Shown here piece after piece: positions 40,868 through 51,536 of a stretch of DNA of 64,000 bases. The stretch comes from Planctomycetota bacterium (GTDB lineage Bacteria; Planctomycetota; UBA8108; UBA1146). The translations under genes were made by a program, and so were the position numbers. The notes beneath the pieces are model-generated. The model was given only the letters and a program-made list of their open reading frames with translations. It was not told the origin of the DNA and did no database searches. Position 1 is the stretch's first letter. Each line of letters opens with the position of its first letter. The DNA is taken from contig JAYZBV010000071.1 in assembly GCA_036338595.1 (NCBI GenBank), positions 18,442 through 82,441 of the forward strand, read 5' to 3'.

Positions 40868-43800
40868 TCAGTCCAGGTAAAGAAACTCACTCGATGCCAG
40901 TAATGCCTGACTGAAAGCCTGCCATGAGGACTCCACCGGATCCCCCGGGCGTTCCTCTTCCGGTGAGGCCAGGAAGTACTCCACGGCGCGATTCACGAAT
41001 TCAATCGACCGCTCCACTTCTTCATCTGTGGCCTCACGACACAAAATTATCCTGTGAATCTCCTGAACTCGACCTTGCTCCGAAAGGTCCATGGCGAGGA
41101 CCTGTCGCGTGATCGCCAGAGCAGCATCCAGCACCATCGGCGAGTTGAGAAAGAAGAGTGCCTGATGAGGAACCACTGTCGAATACCGCTTCGAGATCGG
41201 CGCTGAAGGATCATTGTAATCGAAGGCACTGAAGAGTTCGTACATCGCATTGCGAATCACCGGCAAGTAGATGGATCGGCGAGGCAGATCATAGCGGGCC
41301 TGGTTATTGGACTGGTCGTTGGTGACATACCCTCGATTCCCTGTCATCAGCAAGGTACCACCCATCTCCCTGTCCAGTACCTGGCTCACTGACAGCACCG
41401 AGTCCCGAACCGCCTCTGCACGCAGTCGGTGTCGATTCTGTCGCCAGAGAAGTCTGTTCTCCGGGTCCAGTTCTGCAGCCGCGGGATCCTCGATGACCTG
41501 TTGCCGCCAGGTCGAGGTAGACAGGATTCGGCGGATCATCTGCTTCGTGGACCAGCCGTTTGCAACGAAGTCGTGGGCGAGGCGATCGAGCAGTTCTGGA
41601 TGACTCGGTCGTTCACCGCTGTAACCAAAGTTGGACGGAGTGGCCACCAGTGCCTCCCCGAACAGTTCCTGCCAGATCCGGTTCACTGCCACACGTGAGG
41701 TCAACGGGTGATCCTCATCGGTCATCCAGCGGGCGAGCTCCAGTCGACCGCTGCTTCCTTCTTCCACCTGAATCGGTGGAACCAGGTTCTCGGTGACCTG
41801 CATCGCTCCTCTTGGCACGGCTTCGCTGGCCAGCCTCAGATGACTTCCACGGATATGGATCGGTAGATCTGCGATCTTTCCATCCTGAACCCCCATCGCC
41901 AGCACGGCTGCCGGTGGTTTTTCTTCGTCCTTGGTCGCCAGCGAGGCGATGATCTGATCGACGGGTTCCCGCAGTGCCTCGGGGGCGGATTTCTCGGCCA
42001 GAAGCAGCGGCTCGAACCAGGGACCCGCCGTCGACCGCAATTGATCCGAGATCGGTTTCAATGCCGCAACGCTTCCCGCGCCCGATGCCTCTGCGGCTTC
42101 CACAAGCGTCTGGTAGATGGCGGCGACCGACGCCCGATCGCTCGGCTTCGACTGCGACAGAATCGCCCTCGCCTCTTCCGAGAGGGAGAGGGTCTTCTCG
42201 TCGGCCAGTGTCTCCTCCCACCAGGCAGACACCTGCTCGGGTGCATCGATCCGCAATGTCATGAACTCGATCCAGGGGCCCCAGAGCGGATCCTGCTGCA
42301 GAGTGGGCCGGGTCAGGAAATCGACCCAGCCGGAGACGATCATCGGATCTCGAGGTGTCGGCCATCCCCGGGCGGGAACCAACCGCACTCGATCGAGGTG
42401 AGGGACGGCGCCATCTCTTTCGAGACGGATCTCGACTTCTCCCGCATCGAGTTGTATCTCGGCCTGGGCTTCCCAGAAGAGGTGGGTGGTGGTCCAACCA
42501 CCGGTGACGGTTGCCAGTGCTTCCCTGGAAACCTCTTCGCCGTTGACGATCAATCGCATCGGGCGACGCTCCTTGGCCGAATAACGCACCTCGAGGGACC
42601 AGAGTCCGGGATCGGGAACCTGCAACTTCCATGTCGCTTGCTGGATCCCTCCCTTGACCGAATGCAGTACCGGAATCTGTTGCGTTCCGTAGTTGGTGCG
42701 ATTTTCGCCGAGTGTCGTGGATGAGGTCTCGGTGACTCCGGAGATGGCGATCCGTTGCAGAGCATCCTGAGCGGCAAGCAAATGCTGACCGACGCCGACA
42801 GAGAGATCTTCTTCGAGGCTTTCCCTGAGTTTCTTCTTGGCGGATTCCAGTTCCTTGGCGATGGATGCGCGCTGCGACTGCCACTTCTCACGCAGTTGCT
42901 TTTCCGGAGCAGTTTCCAGCGAGATCTCACGCCATTTTGCAACGGTCTTCAGGTTCTCCATCGTACTTGTAGATCGAAATATTCCAGCCATTGCGTAATA
43001 GTCTCGCGCAGGAATGGGATCGAATTTGTGGTCATGGCAACGAGCACAACCCACGGTCATTCCCAGGAATGCCCGAGAGACAACATCGAGTTGTTCATCG
43101 ACGACATCGATGGCCAATTTCGCTTCGTCCTGTTCAGCGAGCATCTTCGGACCGAGTACAAGAAATCCGGTAGCGATGCGCTGGTCGCGCCAGGCCAGCT
43201 GGTCTTCCGTTGCTGGAAGTAAATCCCCGGCGATCTGCTCGATGAGGAACTGGTCGTAAGGCTTATCAGAATTGAAGGCACGAATCACATAATCGCGGTA
43301 ACGCCAGGCGTTACCGAATGCCAGGTTTTCATCGAGACCGTTGGAATCGGCATAGCGCACAATATCTAGCCAAGATCTCGCCCACCGCTCACCGAATTCA
43401 GGGGACTCCAGCAATTCATCTACGAACTGCTCGAAGGCCTCTGGATCATCGGAAGCCCCCAGCTGCTGGAGACGAGTCCACGGCAGGGGAAGCCCCGTGA
43501 GCATCTGATGAGCCCGCTTGGCGAGGATCTGTAGGCTGGCTTCGGGGGCAAGACCGAGGTCCTGCTCTTCCAGAGCAGCGAGGATGAAAGCATCGATGGG
43601 ATCGCGTACCCGATCTCTGTCCTTGACCTCGGGTGGCTTCGGATCAGAGACGGGGAGAAACGCCCAGTGCCCCCTCGATTCTTCCATCGAGCGCGACTTC
43701 AGACGCTCGTCCTCCGGTGCTGCCAATCCCGACGGTTCATCCCGGGGATCTGCGGCGCCGGTTCGAATCCACTGGGCCAGCGATTGGATCTCCAGCGTCG

Positions 43801-44167
43801 ACAGCGTCTCCCCGGGAGGCATCGAGAGCCCCGGCTCGGTGCCGTTGACCGCTCTCATCAGCAAGGAACCCTCAGGATCTCCAGGTACCAGCGCCGGTCC
43901 ACGATCTCCCCCGGTTCGAATACCCTCTCGAAAATCGACTCGCAAGCCACTCTTGAGTTCCTTCGCAGAGGCACTGTGGCAGGAGTAGCATCTCTGGACC
44001 AGCAAGGGACGGATCTCGTTTTCGAATGGCTCCAGCAATTCCAGCGGAATCTCTTCCTCCTCGCCGGCCGCTTGCAGTGGCGAAGCCAGAGAGAGGTGCA
44101 CTCCGAGGAAGCCGAGGAGAGCAACCCAGATGAGGGTTTCCGAGCCGTTGTGATTCGCCAATGGCAC
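40868..44167 (-). CDS. Planctomycete cytochrome c / DUF1549 / DUF1553 (PSD1) protein with CBM-like insert
   Basis: CYSCH, CARCHDHKFDP, WLDIVRYADS, VNRIWQ..PSHPELLDRLA; GGAGGAGG RBS before GTG 44167. Confidence 0.92.
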   Translation of the reverse strand: MPLANHNGSETLIWVALLGFLGVHLSLASPLQAAGEEEEIPLELLEPFENEIRPLLVQRCYSCHSASAKELKSGLRVDFREGIRTGGDRGPALVPGDPEGSLLMRAVNGTEPGLSMPPGETLSTLEIQSLAQWIRTGAADPRDEPSGLAAPEDERLKSRSMEESRGHWAFLPVSDPKPPEVKDRDRVRDPIDAFILAALEEQDLGLAPEASLQILAKRAHQMLTGLPLPWTRLQQLGASDDPEAFEQFVDELLESPEFGERWARSWLDIVRYADSNGLDENLAFGNAWRYRDYVIRAFNSDKPYDQFLIEQIAGDLLPATEDQLAWRDQRIATGFLVLGPKMLAEQDEAKLAIDVVDEQLDVVSRAFLGMTVGCARCHDHKFDPIPARDYYAMAGIFRSTSTMENLKTVAKWREISLETAPEKQLREKWQSQRASIAKELESAKKKLRESLEEDLSVGVGQHLLAAQDALQRIAISGVTETSSTTLGENRTNYGTQQIPVLHSVKGGIQQATWKLQVPDPGLWSLEVRYSAKERRPMRLIVNGEEVSREALATVTGGWTTTHLFWEAQAEIQLDAGEVEIRLERDGAVPHLDRVRLVPARGWPTPRDPMIVSGWVDFLTRPTLQQDPLWGPWIEFMTLRIDAPEQVSAWWEETLADEKTLSLSEEARAILSQSKPSDRASVAAIYQTLVEAAEASGAGSVAALKPISDQLRSTAGPWFEPLLLAEKSAPEALREPVDQIIASLATKDEEKPPAAVLAMGVQDGKIADLPIHIRGSHLRLASEAVPRGAMQVTENLVPPIQVEEGSSGRLELARWMTDEDHPLTSRVAVNRIWQELFGEALVATPSNFGYSGERPSHPELLDRLAHDFVANGWSTKQMIRRILSTSTWRQQVIEDPAAAELDPENRLLWRQNRHRLRAEAVRDSVLSVSQVLDREMGGTLLMTGNRGYVTNDQSNNQARYDLPRRSIYLPVIRNAMYELFSAFDYNDPSAPISKRYSTVVPHQALFFLNSPMVLDAALAITRQVLAMDLSEQGRVQEIHRIILCREATDEEVERSIEFVNRAVEYFLASPEEERPGDPVESSWQAFSQALLASSEFLYLD

Positions 44168-44306
44168 TGATATCACCTCCTCCGGTGCATGCCGACCTTG
44201 CAGATCCATCCTAGCCTGTCCAGGGGCACCGAACCACCTCGGGCGCAGGTGTTGCGGAGGACTCAGGAACGGGCACAATCGACAACAGACAGGAAAGTAA
44301 CCGACC

Positions 44307-45173
44307 ATGATTCCGAGCCCAGAACAGCATCACCGATCGTGTGTTGCGCCACCGATGAGCCCATCATCCTGGACCACGGGTTGGATACTGTTCTCCTCGC
44401 TACTGCTGGCAATGGCTCCCTCCGGCTGCTCCATATCTTCGCAGTTTCAGCACAATCTGGAGGTCCACGCACAACTGTCTGCTGCCAGAACCGCTCCCGT
44501 AGGATCGATGACCACCGATTCCGGAGGCTCCGTCACACCGTTCGACTTCGACGACATCGGGCTCTCTGAATCCTCCCTTTCTGTCGGCACCCGGATCCAG
44601 CTGGATCATGGTCCCCTTCGATTCCTGATCGATAGTATCGAAACTTCTGGTTCTTCCGTGGGCTCCTTTTCAGGAGCATTCGGAGGAGCGGATTTGCCCG
44701 CAGACAACTACGGGGCCGAGGTCGACATCGTTGATTATCGCGTGCTGATGGCATTTCCCATCAGTGCTGCAGCCAGGGGTGAGGGTGGCATTCTCGATAC
44801 CCGGTTACTGGCCGGGCTGGATATGACTGCGATCCGGATCAACATGGTTTCGACATCGGATCCTGCTGTTTTTGCGGAGTTCGATGAACTCGCTCCCGCT
44901 CCCGTTCTCGGATTGCAATCCAAGCTTGAAATCGCACCATCCTGGAATGTTGAGGGGATTCTCACGGTGCTGCCGCTTTCCGAGATTACCGGGTACGACG
45001 CAAAGTGCATCGATGGTTCGATTCGAATTGAATGGGAGGCGGATCCGCAGTGGAACATCTTTGCAGGGGTGAGAGACCATTCCATTCAACTGTCCAGAAC
45101 AGCAGATGGGCGCTTGATCGATCTGGATCTTGCGATTGAGTTGGTCGAGTTCGGTGTCATTTTCCGGTTTTGA
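44307..45173 (+). CDS. Putative outer-membrane beta-barrel protein (start uncertain)
   Basis: Signal/lipobox-like APSGC, alternating beta pattern, C-terminal GVIFRF. Confidence 0.6.
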   Translation: MIPSPEQHHRSCVAPPMSPSSWTTGWILFSSLLLAMAPSGCSISSQFQHNLEVHAQLSAARTAPVGSMTTDSGGSVTPFDFDDIGLSESSLSVGTRIQLDHGPLRFLIDSIETSGSSVGSFSGAFGGADLPADNYGAEVDIVDYRVLMAFPISAAARGEGGILDTRLLAGLDMTAIRINMVSTSDPAVFAEFDELAPAPVLGLQSKLEIAPSWNVEGILTVLPLSEITGYDAKCIDGSIRIEWEADPQWNIFAGVRDHSIQLSRTADGRLIDLDLAIELVEFGVIFRF

Positions 45174-45201
45174 AGCGAGCGTCCACCGAGTGAAGTTCGC
45201 T

Positions 45202-46557
45202 CTAGATCTTCAATCTCAGGGAGAGTTCGGAGTTCAACTTTCGCTGTGGATCGAACTGTTGCCGGATTTGTTGAAATTTTCCGAGATCAGGATACATCGC
45301 CCTGAATAATTCCGGCGTCAATGTAGAGTCCTTCGCCAGATAAACCCTTCCCTCTTCCTGAGCGACCCTCTCGTCGAGCTGGCGCAACAGTTCAACAGTC
45401 CCCGCCTCGGAGCGAAAATCCATCGACAGCGTCATCCCATCGTCGGGAAAGGAGAGCCAACCAGAGCCTTGACGCATCATCTTGAGAACCACCAGCGTGG
45501 GCGGGCAAGCGCCGGAAACTGACATCTCCAGCAGTTGTCGGATCACCACATCACATCGAGGGGCGGGAACCAATGACTGGTGCTGGTGAAACCCCTTCGG
45601 GTTGTAGATCTGCTTCCAGTTCTTCCACCTCTCCAGCGGAAACAGAAGTCGGTCCAGTTTCCAGGTCGATGTTCCTCGCCAGAATCGAGCTCGAAGGTGA
45701 CGAAGGGTGTTGTGACACGTGATGCCCACTGGCGTCACGAGAGCACCCACCAGAGGTGGCAGCGCACTTCCGGGGTTCAGATCCCATCTCCCCTGCTGCA
45801 CCATCTGAGGTTGCTGACTCTCAAGTAATGGGCTCCCCGCCACGACGATTCCGCGTCCAAATGCGGCTCCTCTTGGAGTCGGATCGAGCCAGGCAGCAAC
45901 ATGCTCATGATGCTGTGACAGGAGACGCAGTTGATTGAGCGACGATTCCAGATCCGAGGTGGCAATTTGCTCGACGCGAACAGTTCTGGCGCTCAATGGA
46001 ATCACCTGCAGTTCTACCTCGGTGATCATTCCCGTCAGCCCCATACCGCCGATGGTCGCCTCGAATAGATCCGTTTCGGCCGTGCGATCGCAATCGACCA
46101 GTTCCCCCGAGGGCAGCATCAGTTTCAGGGAGTCCGTCACATCTCGAATCGATCCTCTCGTCAGATGGTTCTTTCCGTGAACATCCGCCGCAACGATGCC
46201 ACCGATCGTGGCATCGAGGACACCTGGAACCACCGGCAAGGTCAAACCCCGAGTGGCCAGCTCGGACAACAGAGCCCGGAGTGTCACCGCAGCGGATACC
46301 GTGATGCTGCCAGAGCTCGGCTGCTCAATCTCGCCAGCGGCCTCATCGTCGAGATGAACCAGACGGCCCTCTTCCAGGAGGGCTGCATCTCCATAGGAAC
46401 AGCCTGCGCCGCGAGGGAGCCAGCGGCCCGGCATCTGGATGCTGGTGCGGAGATCATCGATGTTCGAACAACGAATCAACCGTGATCGGGATCGACAATT
46501 GCCCGTCCAGCCGGAGACGGTGCTCCACGGCTGTGGCGCTTCATCGCCTGTGGACAC
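45202..46557 (-). CDS. FAD-binding oxidoreductase, DprE1-like
   Basis: RGAGCSYGDAA, PVVPG..TIGG..ADVHGKNH, GGMGLTG, GRVYLAKDS. Confidence 0.85.
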   Translation of the reverse strand: MSTGDEAPQPWSTVSGWTGNCRSRSRLIRCSNIDDLRTSIQMPGRWLPRGAGCSYGDAALLEEGRLVHLDDEAAGEIEQPSSGSITVSAAVTLRALLSELATRGLTLPVVPGVLDATIGGIVAADVHGKNHLTRGSIRDVTDSLKLMLPSGELVDCDRTAETDLFEATIGGMGLTGMITEVELQVIPLSARTVRVEQIATSDLESSLNQLRLLSQHHEHVAAWLDPTPRGAAFGRGIVVAGSPLLESQQPQMVQQGRWDLNPGSALPPLVGALVTPVGITCHNTLRHLRARFWRGTSTWKLDRLLFPLERWKNWKQIYNPKGFHQHQSLVPAPRCDVVIRQLLEMSVSGACPPTLVVLKMMRQGSGWLSFPDDGMTLSMDFRSEAGTVELLRQLDERVAQEEGRVYLAKDSTLTPELFRAMYPDLGKFQQIRQQFDPQRKLNSELSLRLKI

Positions 46558-46611
46558 CTGGGCTACCTCCTCCCCCTGGTCGACAGGGGCGCTCAGGAGA
46601 GTTGCGATCGG

Positions 46612-47442
46612 TCAGGCGATGAACTCCGGTTCTTGAATTTCCGGGACGACCCCCGTACCTGCACCCATGCGCAGGAACCGGCATACCGCCTCACGACCAT
46701 CTTCACCGTAATCGAGGGTGCGCTGGTTGACGTACATTCCGACGAATCGATCGGTTTGCTCACGAGTGAGTCCTCGGTTGTACTGTTCTGCATAGTTGAG
46801 CGCCTCTTCCCTGTGGTCCAGGGCGTAGGCGATGCTCTCCCGCAGAATCCTCGAAATCTCGCGAATGTGTTTCTCGCCAAGATCTCTTCGGATGGCGTTT
46901 CCTCCCAGCGGTAGCGGAAGCCCGTCCTGTGTCCTGGCCCACCATTCACCGAGATCAACCACCTGGTGGTATCCCTCTTCTTCATAGGTAACCTGACCCT
47001 CGTGAATGATCACGCCCGCTTCGAATTCTCCCGAGTCGATCCTCTGCATGATCTCATCAAATGGAACCACCTGCGTCTTTGCCTCGGGCATCCAGAGTTT
47101 CAATGCGAGGGCTGCACTGGTCCATTCTCCCGGAACGGCAATGATGCCATCCTCAAGATCTTCCCTGGATCTCGGTTCACGGGTGATCAATACCGGACCG
47201 TATCCTTCACCCATACTCGCACCGTGATTGAGCAGAGCGTACCGGTCGGCAAGGTGCGCGTAGGCGTGAATGGAGATGGCAGTCACCTCGTGCCGCCCCT
47301 CGACCGCATGACGGTTGAGAGTCTCGATGTCGGCCATCTCGTGCTCGAATTGATACTCTCCTGTGTCCACCTTGCCCTCTCCGATGGCAAAGTGCATGAA
47401 TGCATCATCCGAATCGGGTGAGTGTGCGATGACGACCTTCAC
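46612..47442 (-). CDS. mqnD: 1,4-dihydroxy-6-naphthoate synthase (futalosine menaquinone pathway)
   Basis: AHSPDSDDAFM, DIETLN, GEGYGP, IIHEG, LPLPLG, MYVN. Confidence 0.9.
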   Translation of the reverse strand: MKVVIAHSPDSDDAFMHFAIGEGKVDTGEYQFEHEMADIETLNRHAVEGRHEVTAISIHAYAHLADRYALLNHGASMGEGYGPVLITREPRSREDLEDGIIAVPGEWTSAALALKLWMPEAKTQVVPFDEIMQRIDSGEFEAGVIIHEGQVTYEEEGYHQVVDLGEWWARTQDGLPLPLGGNAIRRDLGEKHIREISRILRESIAYALDHREEALNYAEQYNRGLTREQTDRFVGMYVNQRTLDYGEDGREAVCRFLRMGAGTGVVPEIQEPEFIA

Positions 47443-47678
47443 GGGTGCTCCTTCCGCCTCGTCTCCAATACTGCCTATTTGCCCTGGATCAGCGAGTTAG
47501 CGGCCTGCTAGCCGCAACAGGGAGAATATCCGCTAGCACCAGGCGCCGCCAGCAGACCAGAGAATCGGTTCACTTGCAGGAAATAGTCGGTAATTCTATT
47601 CTCATACGCATGGAGGTTCGTTCCCGAGCGGCGGTGTATCGCCCAGAAGACGTACCTCTCAGGACTTGGAGAGATCTC

Positions 47679-47912
47679 ATGGCAGACCCGGCGAACAAGG
47701 TCGAAAGCAATGTGCCTGGAAAATGGTATGTCGATGAGGAGTGCATCGACTGCGACCTGTGTCGCACCACAGCGCCAGACAACTTCCGCGCCAACGAGGA
47801 CGAGGGCTATTCCTATGTCTTCAAGCAGCCGCAGACTCCTGAAGAAATTGAACTCAGCGAGCAAGCGAAAGAGGAGTGCCCCGTCGAGGCGATCGGCGAC
47901 GACTCTTCCTGA
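47679..47912 (+). CDS. Ferredoxin, single cluster
   Basis: CIDCDLC...CPVEAIG; GGAG RBS. Confidence 0.93.
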   Translation: MADPANKVESNVPGKWYVDEECIDCDLCRTTAPDNFRANEDEGYSYVFKQPQTPEEIELSEQAKEECPVEAIGDDSS

Positions 47913-47991
47913 TCAGCATACGTCCCACAGAGGATGCACCGACGCCCTGTTGAATCAATTCGGACCTGGCTTCGGTTCGTCGCTCAGAATC

Positions 47992-50862
47992 TCAGTGGCT
48001 GTGCGCCAGCACGACGGTCGGACTCGGAAGCAAGCGCCTGCGAATCACCTGCGTCGATGCAGGCACCACACCATCGAAGAGTTTGACCAGTACCTCTTCC
48101 GGCTTCGTCTGGTGATCGCCCTGCAGACAGATTCTCATGTGGAGAATCTTCTCGTCCGGCCTCACGGCGAGTAGATCAGCGCAATCTGCCGGGATCTCGT
48201 CAAACCAACCGAGGTCTGCGATACCAGGACGGATATCCACCATCCTTCGCTTCCCCTTCTTGGTGAACTTCTCGACCAGAATCTCCTGCAACTCCATCAG
48301 TTGATCGATGACTCCGGCGCTCATCCCCTGAACCGAATCTTCGGGGAGCAGGATCAGGTAATCAGCCCAGTTGCTCACCAGTGACAACTTCGGGGCTGCG
48401 GTTCCGATGGCGTGTACCGATCGGATCTCCAGTCCCTCGGGAAACTGATTGGCCAGCTCACATCTGAGTGTCTCGGGATCCAGTTGATCTTGCAGGTGAA
48501 GGTCCATCACTTCACTCAGTCCTGCCATGCCAAGGCGAAGCGGTGGACCAAATGACATCTGCGGGATCGGATGAAATCCCATCGAATAGGCTGGAGCAAA
48601 TCCCGCTCGACGTACCGCTCGCGGAATCATCCGGTTCAGATCGAGATGGCCCATGAAGCGTGAGCAACCGACCTTGGCGTACCGAACCCTGTAGGAGTAG
48701 CGAACTCGATCGAGTTCCTTCCGCTCAGGAGGCCGATTGTGATTCTCCTGGGCGAGCCATCTCTCCTTCGAGGCGGTGCGCACGGAGTCCAGGTCAGCAT
48801 CTCTTTGAGACGAGTCGCTGACCATGTCCTGGTGGGCATCGAGGTACTCCAGGTGATCGATCCTCTCGGATTTCATCTGTGTCAGGTCGCATACGATCCC
48901 GCAGTCGTAGCAGACCAGCCTTCGCTTGTCCTCGCTCGCCTCCTCGATGTTGTTGTAGTGCGTCAATCGCTTGCCCGGCTTCCCGCAAGGGTGCGAGGTG
49001 CGATCCTTGAGCGATCTGCGGTACTCTCGTTTCAGAAACTCATCTTCGACTCCACAGTCGATGTGGTCCCAGGCCAGGCGAGCATCCAATGGGATCGTGC
49101 CAAGGTAGCGATACCGATCGATTTCGCACTCCTCGATCGCTTCCATCCAGAGGTCAAATCTCATCCGGTCGGACCAGCCATCGAAGCGGCACCCCTTTCG
49201 CCAGGCGGTCTCGACCACTTCACAGAGCACCCGGTCACCGCGGCTCAGGATTCCCTCGATGTGGCTGGTGGTCGGATCATGCCACTTCAATTTCATGCCC
49301 GGTATACGAGTCCATTTGCGCAGAGCATCGTGCTTGCGCTCGATCTCGGGAATATCGTCCATTGCAGCCCACTGAAAGGGAGTGAATGGCTTCGGCACAT
49401 GACTCGACACCGACACCGTGACTCCGGCTCTCCCCTTCGGCAGATACTCATTGGCGATTTCCAGCATTCGCCTGCCGGTATCGGCAATGCCACGGACATC
49501 CGATTCATCTTCGGTGGGTAGTCCGATCATGAAGTAGAGTTTCATCTTGCGCCAACCACGAGAAAAGATCCTGTGAGCACTCTTTGCGATGTCCTCCTCG
49601 GTGATGTTCTTGTTGACGACATCCCTCATCCGTTGCGTGCCTGCCTCGGGGGCAAATGTCAGCGACGTATTTCGGACGCTGGCCATTTCATCGAGCATCG
49701 AATCAGTGAGGCCGTAGGCTCGCAATGAGGAGACGGAAAGTGAGATGTTTTTCTCTCGAAGTTCGGGCATCACACTCTTCACCAGCGGCTCGATGGCGCT
49801 GTAATCCGCCGTCGAGAGGCTCGTCAGTGAAACCTCGTCAAAGCCTCCACATCGAATCGAGTCCTTGACGGTCTTCTGGATCTCCTCGGGCGATCTCTCC
49901 CTGACGGGGCGATAGATCATTCCCGCCTGGCAGAATCTGCACCCTTCGGTGCATCCTCTCGCGACCTCGATACTGGCGCGGTCAAAGACCACTTCCGTGT
50001 TGGGAATCGGTGAGGCGCTGGGAAACGGATACTCTCCCAGATCGGGGACATGAGCCCTGGAAACCCGTGCGGGTACGCGCTCATCGAGCGGAGCATCCAC
50101 GACCGTGACCCCGGTCAAGGGTTCGATCCGGGTGCTGTATAGAGAAGGCACGTAAACACCATCGAGCTGGCTGATGGCGATCAATCGCTCGCGACGACTG
50201 ATTCCCTGGCCTGCGAGTTGACTCCAGAGTTTGACGACGGAGTGGAAGAAGCCCTCACCATCGCCGATCAGAAATGCGTCGATGAACGCACTCATCGGCT
50301 CCGGCTGAAATGCCACGGGTCCGCCTGCCATCACCAGCGGGCAGTCGTCATCTCGTTGCTCGGATCGAATCGGGATTCCCCCGAGATCGAGCATCGTCAG
50401 TACATTGGTAAATGTGAGTTCGTACTGGAGTGAAAATCCGATCACATCGAAGTCGGACATCGGCTGCCAGGATTCGATGCTCACGAGAGGAATCCCTCGA
50501 TCCCGGAGTTCCTTCTCACAATCGATCCAGGGGGCATACATCCGCTCTGCTCGAACGCCCTCCAGCGAGTTGAGATGGGAATACAGGATCTTGAAGCCAA
50601 GGTGGCTCATTCCGATCTCGTAAACATCTGGAAATGCGAGCAGGAACGAAAGGTCTGCAGTCTTTTTTCTGACCGAATGAAGTTCACCGCCGGTATAACG
50701 TCCAGGCTTTTCGAGTCGATGAAGAAAGGCGGCATACGGGTGAGAGCCCAGATCCCCTCTGTCAGGAATTTTGTCCAGATCTTCGCCATCGGCAGCCGTG
50801 GAGGGTCCACTGCGAAACCCCACCTTGCCCATCGAATCCCAGAGAGAATCCTGATCCGTCAT
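47992..50862 (-). CDS. TIGR03960-type radical SAM protein fused to DUF2344/TIGR03936 domain
   Basis: KPGRYTGGE, FPDVYEIGMSHLG, RGCTEGCRFC; C-terminal FMGHLDL..YSMGFHP. Confidence 0.88.
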   Translation of the reverse strand: MTDQDSLWDSMGKVGFRSGPSTAADGEDLDKIPDRGDLGSHPYAAFLHRLEKPGRYTGGELHSVRKKTADLSFLLAFPDVYEIGMSHLGFKILYSHLNSLEGVRAERMYAPWIDCEKELRDRGIPLVSIESWQPMSDFDVIGFSLQYELTFTNVLTMLDLGGIPIRSEQRDDDCPLVMAGGPVAFQPEPMSAFIDAFLIGDGEGFFHSVVKLWSQLAGQGISRRERLIAISQLDGVYVPSLYSTRIEPLTGVTVVDAPLDERVPARVSRAHVPDLGEYPFPSASPIPNTEVVFDRASIEVARGCTEGCRFCQAGMIYRPVRERSPEEIQKTVKDSIRCGGFDEVSLTSLSTADYSAIEPLVKSVMPELREKNISLSVSSLRAYGLTDSMLDEMASVRNTSLTFAPEAGTQRMRDVVNKNITEEDIAKSAHRIFSRGWRKMKLYFMIGLPTEDESDVRGIADTGRRMLEIANEYLPKGRAGVTVSVSSHVPKPFTPFQWAAMDDIPEIERKHDALRKWTRIPGMKLKWHDPTTSHIEGILSRGDRVLCEVVETAWRKGCRFDGWSDRMRFDLWMEAIEECEIDRYRYLGTIPLDARLAWDHIDCGVEDEFLKREYRRSLKDRTSHPCGKPGKRLTHYNNIEEASEDKRRLVCYDCGIVCDLTQMKSERIDHLEYLDAHQDMVSDSSQRDADLDSVRTASKERWLAQENHNRPPERKELDRVRYSYRVRYAKVGCSRFMGHLDLNRMIPRAVRRAGFAPAYSMGFHPIPQMSFGPPLRLGMAGLSEVMDLHLQDQLDPETLRCELANQFPEGLEIRSVHAIGTAAPKLSLVSNWADYLILLPEDSVQGMSAGVIDQLMELQEILVEKFTKKGKRRMVDIRPGIADLGWFDEIPADCADLLAVRPDEKILHMRICLQGDHQTKPEEVLVKLFDGVVPASTQVIRRRLLPSPTVVLAHSH

Positions 50863-51009
50863 CCTGTTACTCCTGCTTGATCCAGCGACCCCATGGCAAC
50901 ACGGTACAGATCCCCATGCTGAACGCATTCGATCTATGAGGAGCGAATCATAGCACAGGCAAGTGCTCGTGCTCTCAACTGAGGTGGCGAGAATCGACGA
51001 TGAAGGTCG

Positions 51010-51387
51010 TCAATTGGCCGATTCTTGCTCCGGATCCGGGGACACCACCTGGTCCTGATCGGCCTGCATCTCATCGACCTCGATGGAGCTCAGCAGCGCC
51101 CCGTGATGCGAAAGGACGCTGGAGATCGCATCATGGAAGCGAGTCCTGGCTTCCGTGATCTGGAGCTGGAGTTCGGAATCGAGCTCCAAACTGATCCCTT
51201 CACCCGCTTCGATGGCATCGATCACCTGTGCCTGGATCTCAGCGACACGCTGACGAGATTCTTGCGCGAGCCTCGCCAGGGTTGAGGCATCCACGCCATC
51301 TTCCTGACATCGATCCAGCAATTGCTCGTAGATACTGGCCTGTTCCAGGACGCCTGCTAGCAGCCTCCTCGCTGATGATTCGGGCAT
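51010..51387 (-). CDS. Hypothetical helical protein
   Basis: Co-oriented ORF with AAGGA RBS, acidic coiled-coil composition. Confidence 0.55.
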   Translation of the reverse strand: MPESSARRLLAGVLEQASIYEQLLDRCQEDGVDASTLARLAQESRQRVAEIQAQVIDAIEAGEGISLELDSELQLQITEARTRFHDAISSVLSHHGALLSSIEVDEMQADQDQVVSPDPEQESAN

Positions 51388-51536
51388 CTTCAATCCTTCC
51401 GGATCCGTGATCGGATGCTCACACACCGCTTCAGGACACCGTTGCGTCGCAGCGCATCCGAAGCTGCAGGGATCCACTGGATGGCGGCCGCCACGAGCAG
51501 TGCAGAGGTCAGAATCTGAGGTTCCGTCCAGTTCAT

